Below are positions 55,089 to 64,000 of a stretch of 64,000 bases of DNA, piece after piece. The notes under the pieces are model-generated. The model ran no database searches and had not been told where the DNA came from. It saw only the letters and a list, made by a program, of their open reading frames with translations. Source of the stretch: Octopus vulgaris (taxonomy: Eukaryota); the NCBI GenBank assembly GCA_951406725.2, contig OX597816.1, forward strand, positions 159,092,001-159,156,000, read 5' to 3'. Each line of letters starts with the position of its first letter. Position 1 is the stretch's first letter. The position numbers and the translations under genes were made by a program.

Positions 55089-55480
55089 CAGAGGTCCTCA
55101 AAAAGTGTATACACACTTTAACAGCTGATTGCTCGCTTAATTTTCACTTCATTTTAGATTTAGACCATTAGAAAGAATGGAGCCAGAGTAAGCGTTGAAC
55201 AAAGGAAATTTGTTCAAAAGTATTATTGCAAGAACAGTTTAGTGGGGAATTTTAAACAGATCCATCTACGTGACTTACCGTCACTCACATTAGAGATAAG
55301 TTTCAAACAGATGGAACGGTTCAGTATGTCCATAGGAAATTTAGTATTGGAAATGGATTTTTTGAGTTCGAGAAAAGCAGGTTGTCAAATATGAATTTGA
55401 AAATCAAGCGTCTGTCACATTTTGAAGTACTGTCATTGGAAACGCTACATACTAAGAACAGTCCAATGCTTTCAATGAAG
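55089..55480 (+). mobile_element. Degenerate Tc1/mariner-superfamily element 5' part
   Basis: TA|cagaggtcctcaaaaagtgtatacacac terminus; decayed ARVSVEQRKFVQKYY N-terminus. Confidence 0.45.
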
Positions 55481-55522
55481 ATGATGATTGTGCCTGTGTG
55501 TGTGTGTGTATGTGTGTGTGTA

Positions 55523-55561
<39 letters not shown>

Positions 55562-55869
55562 GATGGTTTTCAACTTGATTTTGATTATATATTTCTCTAC
55601 TACCCACAAGGGGCTAAACACAGAGGGGACAAACAAGGATAGACAAACGGATTAAGTCGATTACATCGACCCCAGTGCGTAACTGGTACTCAATTTATCG
55701 ACCCCGAAAGGATGAAAGGCAAAGTCGACCTCGGCGGAATTTGAACCTAGTAAGTAACGGCAGACGAAATACGGCTACGCATTTCGCCCGGGGTGCTAAA
55801 GTTTCTGCCAGCTCGCCGCCTTACTTTTTCTTCACAGACAAACGCCTTTAACAGATTCGAAAGCATTTC

Positions 55870-57680
55870 TCCCATGGGCTCTCACATGATTACCTAGCTC
55901 TGGTTTTGTTTCAAATATGGCGTATCATCGTGTCAAAAACCACAGCACAACAACATCTGCTCCGCCCTTGTGCATTCGTCCAAAATAGATTTTCAGTCCT
56001 TTAGTAAATGAGCTCACCTCTGGAAATAATGAAAGGTATTGTTCTGCTGGAACTATGTGAAGCGGTATGCAAATAAACATTACATGCTGCTCTTCCGATA
56101 TGTAACCTTTTATAGATGACAAGTCCGGCTTTTGAACTTGTAATATGACCACAGAATGCATAGGCGATATCATCTCTGAACCCTCTACTATAAAGAAATT
56201 TAACAGCCTGAATTTTGGAGACATTACATTTCATTATTTGATAGATGATTCCAATTTTCTCAAACTGCAGACTATTTCTCCTAATTATAAACAGTCATTC
56301 GCTTCAATTCCATGCAAGACAGTCCTAATAAGATTGTGTTTCACGTGACATCGTGAAATCTCTTTTCTGACTAGTGTCGAGGAGGTTTATGAAGAACTAA
56401 TTCTCCTAATCGCTTCAGAACCCTAAAATCATTAAGTATCATATACAAACATTATGTGGAGGCACAATGGCCCAGTTGTTAGGGCAGCGGACTCGCGGTC
56501 GGAGGATCGAGGTTTCTATTCAAAGACCGGGCGTTGTGTGTGTTTATTGAGCGAAAACGCCTAAAGCTCCACGAGGCTCCGGTAGGCGGGGGGCGACCCC
56601 TGTTGTACTCTTTCGCCCCAACTTTCTCTCACTCTTTCTTCTTGTTTCTTGAGTAACGCTGCGACGGACTGGCGTCCCGTCCAGCTGGGGGGAACACATA
56701 CGCCATAGAAACCGTGAAACCGGGCCCATGAGCCCGATTTGAAAAGGGCGCATAGATAAAAATAATACAAACATTGTACATGATACTTGGTAAGCTGTGT
56801 CAGCCTACTTTTTCCATTATTTCTATGTCGGATGTAAAAGATTCCAACTGATGTTTGATATACGCCTTAAACACCTCTGATGAAATCTCTGGAATATTTT
56901 GATGTGGTGTTGATACGAGGTTCATGTCTCAGATAAGTTTGGGATGGAGATGACGCAGACACCATAGATGCAAAGATTAGTGAGTAGTTTCAAGTCCCTG
57001 TCTGAGCAGACTCGTTAACCTAATGTTCCAAGAGCAATTGAAGGCTTTTCGGTCTTCAAGTTGATTTCGGAATTTGGGGATTCATCCCTGAAGAGAAAAC
57101 TGCCAAGATAAACAAAAGAACCTATAACATCAACTCTGGTCCCTTGGACAAGTATATTTGTTTCCACATATGTTTCTACTGGAACAGGTGTAAACACCAC
57201 CTCAGTCTTCTTCAGGTATATTGTAAGTCTAAAAGCTGTAAAGCACTGGAGAAGTGGTTCATTATTTATTTTCTAATTACTGTGATTTGGCTGAGTCACA
57301 AGACTAGCATATCTTCAAATCACAACAAATCACGAACGGGAGTTATAAAATCCTTTGAATTAGCTTTAAAACGATTCATATTAAACAGAATGTTCATTGT
57401 ATGCCGTCAGATAAAAATGCCCAGATGACAAATCTGAACTGCAAATTGTAATGGAGAACAAAATTGAACCAGAAAATGTTCCTTGTTTAACACCAATGTC
57501 TATTTGAATCAGTTCCAGCAGAGAACCATTTGAGCTGAAGTATGCCTTCATATCAATGTGTATTTAAACAAACATAATTGTTAAATTAATGAAAACCTGG
57601 TAAAGGCAGAGTCTCTGCTGTATGCACTTCTCTTGCAAATGTCTGATGACAAAGACCATATCTGTGGTACCTCTATATGA
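55870..57680 (-). mobile_element. Degenerate RTE (BovB-like) LINE RT region, interrupted by SINE C (56457-56752, TSD-like atacaaacatt)
   Basis: Minus-strand peptides RGTTDMVFVIRHLQEKCIQQRLCLYQVFINLT, DVIGSFVYLGS and ASIALG-like KPSIALG. Confidence 0.8.
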
Positions 57681-57681
57681 T

Positions 57682-57719
57682 AGGATGACGCGCAAATTCG
57701 TGAAGCGTTCCATTTTTTT
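57682..57719 (+). pseudogene. U6 snRNA 3'-terminal fragment (retro-pseudogene)
   Basis: aggatgacgcgcaaattcgtgaagcgttccattttttt matches the U6 3' end AGGATGACACGCAAATTCGTGAAGCGTTCCAT(A)TTTT. Confidence 0.9.
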
Positions 57720-57769
57720 AAATTTTTAATAGGCACAGGTGTGGCTGAGTGGTAAGAAGCTTGCTTCCC

Positions 57770-59796
57770 TGTGCATGCGTTGGTCAGTGTTTTCTTTGCA
57801 CTGCTAGGAGTCACGCCACCAACGTCGTGAATTATTGAACAAGTGAAGCAGAACTACAAGGTAAGTCTTGTTTTGGGGATTTTGGGGATTTGTTGCTCGT
57901 GTTTATTTATTTTGTCGAACAAGAAATCTCCACTGAGTTCCTGGCAAATTGTCTGCCTGTAGTTGTGTTTAAAGTCTCACTTAGCGGTGAGAAGTGTGTT
58001 TTGGGGGCGTATCCCTCCTCCTATAATTGTGCTTATTTTTTACTAATTTTTGGTGAAATTGTTGTGCGACTGTTTAGTGCCCTGGATTACCAAGTGAATT
58101 ACCGAATTGGCCAGGAATACCAGGACAGCCAGAAAATAGTTTGCTGTGTTTTTGAACTGTTTCTTGTCTTCTTTCTTCCTCCCTGCATGTTTGTTTTTTG
58201 TACTCTGTGAACTTTTGTCTTCTGTGGACTTTTTTCCAAAAAAAAAAAACATGGCAAAAAAGACAAACAATACTGTTTGTCCCACCCAAACAGTGGATGA
58301 AAGACTTTGAAGAGAGGACGGTGGTGTTAAGGGCTTACTCAAAGTCGCTCGACACTATCGCCCTCTTTCAAAAGACACAAATTGAAAAAGAGTTCGCAGA
58401 GTATTTGCCAGCTATTAAATTCATCTCCAGTGGGGTCAAATATGCAACGATTTGGTGCTATTTGACACACCTGATGAGGCTCGCAAATTTGCGAGCCATC
58501 CCTTAGAGGGCAAAGAGATTTTGCTTCTTCCCACGTATTGTTGGGAGAAGTTGACAAGAGCTTGGGTCTGCGGGTTGCCACCTGGCATAGAACCATAGTG
58601 GATAGAGGACACTATCCGCCGGGGTCTGGATGACAGCGAATCCAAGCTGCTTAACGTTAAAATTTTGTCGGCGGCTGATTGGGTTGGGTCAAAAGCTGTT
58701 TTGACCCTGTGGAACCAATCAGCCAAGAATCTGTTTTTTCCAGATTTTTTTTAAATGGCCGGTTGCAGGTACCCGGTGATACTTGAAGGCCCCTCTCCCC
58801 CCTCCCCCCAAGTGTCACCTGTGCCTGGAACCGGTCTACATTAAAAAGAACTGTCCCCAGGACCGAAGTAGGGTCCTGGAACAGTTGATCGCGGAAAAAT
58901 CCCTCCCCTCCAGGTGGAGAGATGGAGGTAGTCGAGGAGGTAGAGACCTCCCCCTCCACGAAGAAAAGGAGGAAAAAAAGGAAGGTGGGCAACAATGGTT
59001 GCTCACCGAAGGACCCTAAAGCTGTGGGAGGGAGGGGTGATCCTCCGGTTAGATAAGAGGAACTACCCCTCCCGTATCAGTGACAAGAAAAAAGAAGAAA
59101 AAGAATAGGACAGTGGCGGCGGTTAGTAGTACACTGCCGGCATATCCCGAAACCTCGTCGGTGGGAATTTGTACCACCGACGGAGGAAACTGTGGCCCCT
59201 CCCAATATAATAAATGAGGGATTTATGATCTTCTTTCTCAAGGAGGGGGGGTCGTAGAGAAATTTGTGGGGAATCTGGAAGGTCGGGAACAGGCGGTCCT
59301 GCCCTGCATTGAAAGCCCGGATTGGTCTCCGCATTTGGCTACAGAGGTCATGGAGAAAAATTATTTCTACAGAGTGATGGATTCCTTTACCAAGGATGAA
59401 TATAATTATCTCTTATGGGACCCCAGCTTGCGGCTGCAGTCTTGCCTGCAGGCGGCAAGAGACTTAATCGGGGAGGTAGAGTAAGAAGTCTTAGTGCCTC
59501 GATCCGAACATGGAGATTAGTAAGAGGCTTAGCGCTTCAAGTTGAATACACTTTGCTGGACTTTGTTTTATTGGTAAGAGGCTCATCGCCTCAATTTATA
59601 ATTGTTGTAAGAGGTTCAACACCTCGATTGTGTTTTTTTAAAAAAGAGCAATATTATTGGGAACTAACAATCGGCAGGCGTTGGCTGTTTCCCCCACCAA
59701 CCATCTCTTTTTTCATTCCATCATCATCCTTGTGTCTGTGTCCAGCCCACAAATCTTCCATCTGTATTATGCCTTTATGGCAAATGTAATGAAATA
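57770..59796 (+). mobile_element. ORF1-only Tx1/L1-like non-autonomous retroelement inserted in a SINE B head
   Basis: 16-bp TSD aagaagcttgcttccc (57754-57769 and 59797-59812); ends in gcc-tttat-ggc..gaaataa; no RT or endonuclease motifs seen. Confidence 0.8.
58251..59484 (+). pseudogene. Frameshifted gag-like ORF1 with a zinc knuckle
   Basis: EERTVVLRAYS..LLLPTY..RAWVCGLPPGI..PKCHLCLEPVYIKKNCP (Cx2Cx4[H]x4C-like), then a basic KKRRK stretch. Confidence 0.7.
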
Positions 59797-60789
59797 AAGA
59801 AGCTTGCTTCCCAACCACATAATTCCAGGTTCAGTCCCACTGCGTGGCACCTTGAGCTGGAGTCTTCTGCCATAGTCTCGGGCCGACCAAAGCCTTGAGT
59901 GGATTTGGTAGGCGGAAACTGAAAGAAGCTCGTCATATATATGAGTGCGTGTGTGTGTTTGTGTGTGTATGTTTGTCCCCCCTACCTCCACTTGATAACC
60001 TGTGTTGGCACATTTACGTCCCCGTAAATTAGCGGTTCGTAAAAGGTACGATAGAATAAGTACCAGGCTTTAAATAATAAGTATGGGGGTTGATTCATTG
60101 AACTAAAAAAATTCTTCAAGGCGATGCCCCAGCATGGCCGCAGTCAAATGACTGAAACAAGTAAAAGAAAAAAGATTGATACCCTTCGTTAATACGTATG
60201 TCTACAGCCGTTTCTACAGAAAACTGATGAATATTTGCCTCATCTATAAGGGATGAGTTATAAAAAAGATCTATAAAATGCTAAATCTATCGCTTCGGAG
60301 TCATCATCATCATCATCATCATAGTTATTATCGATGTCGTCATCGTCATGGTCGTCGTCGTCGTTGTCATTATCATCATCGTTTTAATGTTTATTATTCC
60401 ATGCTTGAAATGAGGGGACGAAATTCCCCGAGGCAGATTTTCTACGGCCGGATATCCTTCCTGTCGCCAACCCTCATTTGTTTCTAGGCAACATAATATA
60501 TTCCCAGGACTGGATAAGTCCTCGTAGAACAATTAAAAACGGATGGCATCACTTTATAAGGTGACACTCGTTTATAATCACGCGAAATCAAAACGTGGAC
60601 GTGCTCAGGCACACACACACACACACACATACACACACATGCATATACATATACATACGTATATGTATATATGCGTGTGTGTGTATGCGTGTATACTTCT
60701 CTGTCTCTCTCCCCCTAACCCCCTCTTTCTCTGTATATATGTGTGTGTTCAATTTCTCATGAGTCAGAAATAAAGTATTAAAGTGTGTA

Positions 60790-60902
<113 letters not shown>

Positions 60903-61927
60903 ATATATAGTAGTAGTAATATATATATATATATATATTACTCATGCCTCATGACAACTTATTAGCGAATGGTAATAAATTGGCTGTCATGAGACTATAT
61001 ACATACATACATACATATGTGCATATGTGCATGTATGTATGTATGTATGTATGTATGTATGTATGTATGTATGTATGTATGTATGTATGTATGTATGTGT
61101 GTGTGTGTGTGTGTGTGTAAGTACGTACACAAGCATAAATACAAATATATTCATAAACGCAAAGACGAACATACATGTAGAGATTGTGATGGGAAACTTG
61201 ACCGTTGCCCAATTGAATATCATCCCTTGATATTTGTGTCCCCGAGGTGAATGGATCCACTCAGTCGCAAGCATTTGGCCTTGTCTCCTGTGGACAACTT
61301 ATCTCTTCCTCCCAGGATTCAAAGACGTTCGTAAAATGTAATGAGTACTGCTCTTCATCCGCTGTCTAATCCATTTAAAAATTCATTAAAAATCCATTAA
61401 AAACCACATAAAAATCCATTAAAAAAAGGAGAAAAACATTCAGAGTCATGAGTGTCTGGTTAAGAAACCCGCTTTTCAACCTTGTGGTTTCGGGTTCAAT
61501 CCCACTGCACGACACTTTGGGCAAGTGTTTTCTACGATAGCCCCGAATTAGCCAATACTCTGTGAATTTGGTAGACGTGAACTGGAAGAAGCCCGTTGTC
61601 TATACATATATGTGAGATACAGAGGTGGTCAATATAGGAAACTGGTTGTAATGCTCAAATGATTTGAAGATACACTTTGAAGTCTTTAACAAGATCTAAG
61701 TTCACAGGTGGACTGACGTAGAGATAGTGGCACAGAGGAACACGATTGGGATTGATATATATAAATATACATATACACACGGAGATATATAGAGATATAT
61801 GTAGAGAGAAATAAAAATTCAAAAACACATATGTACTAACATATAAATAGTCATATATATGGACAAATAAATTTACGTGGAGTATAAAACATACAGAAAA
61901 CTAAGGGAAAATGTATAATTTTTTTAA

Positions 61928-62083
61928 AACTCAACATCTGTTTCGAGGAGCTCGGAATTACGTAAAAGGTGTCATGTTCATAATTAGCAGATGGAATTTG
62001 CAAAAAGTCATGGCATAGATATGCAACCAGTAGATGAACGCGTAGAAACATTGCCATAATATCAGATTCTTTCGTCAAGAGTC
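61928..62083 (-). ncRNA. Possible hammerhead with a ~125-nt insertion in stem II
   Basis: Minus strand GACUC-UUGACGA ... GAGCUCCUC-GAAAC-AGAU-GUU-GAGUU; stem I pairs but the base of stem II is decayed. Confidence 0.35.
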
Positions 62084-63348
62084 AATCATCCCCTCCTAAC
62101 GAAGGCAGCCGGTATTACAGTAATGTTTACATGCAATCATCTAGCGATTGCAATCCATTACTTTTTGCACACTCCATCTACTAATTATGAACATTACAAC
62201 ACAATCTCCAACATCAACAATACAACCAGCATCACTACCAACAACAACAACATTTCAAACACAACAACACAAAACCCAACAACAACGACAGTACCAACAC
62301 AGCAGACGCGTAACTCAGAGTCTTGCCACATTCTGTGTAACGCTGAATTTCCCTGAGAGCTACATAAAGTGATGCGTGTGTTTGTGGAGTTCTCAAGCAC
62401 TTGCATCTTAATTTCTCAAGTAAGCTGTTCCGTAGATTGGATCAACTAGAATACTTGTCGTCGTCACCGACGGAGAACCTTTTAAAAGTAAAACCAACAT
62501 AGCAGCATCTACAACTATATTATCGCTTCCACTACCAACAAACACTACTTATACTTCAAACAACAACACTTGTAGCTACCAAGTTTTGCTCAAAAACAAA
62601 TTATTTTTAAAAAAGGAAGGATACATTGTACAATGTAGTCCCAGGTACACTGTAAAGAAACAAGGAGTGAAACAATTTTTGGTTATAAGTCTGGTAGGAG
62701 GACTTAAGAGCGTGTACATGTCTACTCACCACTACAGAGTCAGCTAAAGGAATTAGCGAAAGCATGGTACGAGATATTCGATCATAGTCGCTTGCGAGTG
62801 ACGGCTAAAGCGAAAGCTGTTTTTCATAAACGTATGTGTGTGTGTGTGTCTGTGTGTGTGTGTGTGTCTGTGTGTGTGTGTGTGTCTGTGTGTGTGTGTG
62901 TGTCTGTGTGTGTTTATATGTGAATGTGTCATAGTATGTTTATGTATGTATGTACGTATGTACGTATTTATGTGTGTGCGTATGTGAGTGTGCATGTGTA
63001 TATGTGTATGTTCGTGTGTGCATACGTGTGCGTGTGTGTATGTGTGTGTCATGCAACAATTTCTCGTAGTATAACAGGAATGCATCTTAAAGCTGACATC
63101 CACTAGAGTGTTCCATAAACCAAGTTTAGAGTTGTGTGTGTATGCGCGTGTATGTATGTGTGTGTGTGTGCGTGCGTGTGTATATGAGTGTTTGGGAGAG
63201 TGAGAGTGTTTGTGTGTGTAAGTGGAAGTGTGTATGTGTGTGGGGGTGAGGGTTGCGAGTATATATGTATGTGTCTTTGAGTGTGCCCATGTAAGTGTGC
63301 ATGCGTGTGTATGTGTTGGTGTGTGTGTGTGTGTGTGTGTATGTGTGC

Positions 63349-63381
<33 letters not shown>

Positions 63382-63495
63382 CGCACGCTTACGTGTATGT
63401 TTGCGTGTGTTTATGCGCAATTTCTGTTTAAGTACGTTCGCAAACACACAAGCACACACACACACACACATACACACACGCGCACACTCAGCAAT

Positions 63496-63532
<37 letters not shown>

Positions 63533-64000
63533 GCAACACTCGGCACAAGGCAACACGAAAACTAAATCCAGTTTCTGGTGAAGCAAGAAAAGGACAAAGG
63601 TCAGAACGAGAGGCTACAGAAGAAGAAACGATGGCAAATATAATGTAAAACTGTCTAACACACACACACACACACACACACATACACACACACGCACACA
63701 CACACACCAGCACACACGCACACGCACGCACACACGCTCACACACGCACACGCACGCACACACGCTCAAAACAAACACCACCACACATACACACTCACTC
63801 ACACACGCATACACTCACACACGAACGCACATACATACACATACACAGTCACACACACATACTCATAAACGTACACACACATACACACTCTCACACACAT
63901 ACATACACATACAGACACACATGCACACTCGCACACACAGTACATTCACACACGCGTGCACACACATGCACACACACATACGCACTCACGCACATACACT

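Overview
Eukaryotic, AT-rich, microsatellite-saturated intergenic or intronic DNA. Its three tRNA-derived SINE families resemble those of octopus (inferred from memory, not searched). No host gene can be supported with confidence, and nearly all ORF-track entries are simple-repeat artefacts. The recognisable content is mobile DNA: (i) a 5'-truncated but open Penelope-like element (Neptune type, RT + GIY-YIG, 48587-50903) sitting in (TA)n, with a minimal hammerhead ribozyme (HHR) in its 3' pseudo-LTR; (ii) about 10 further HHR-like motifs of several unrelated sequence families, including inverted pairs, a U3-A8 covariant and palindromic (dimer-type) stem III; (iii) an ORF1-only, Tx1/L1-like insertion (57770-59796) with a 16-bp target-site duplication (TSD) inside a SINE head, whose 3' tail resembles the tail of a SINE subfamily that repeatedly inserts into its own relatives; (iv) U6 and tRNA-Gly remnants directly upstream of SINE heads; (v) RTE, CR1-group and R4/Dong-like LINE fragments, Tc1/mariner remnants and several MITEs, two with CGG-type ends, 6-bp TSDs and internal telomere-like repeats. 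All coordinates and folds were read by eye.
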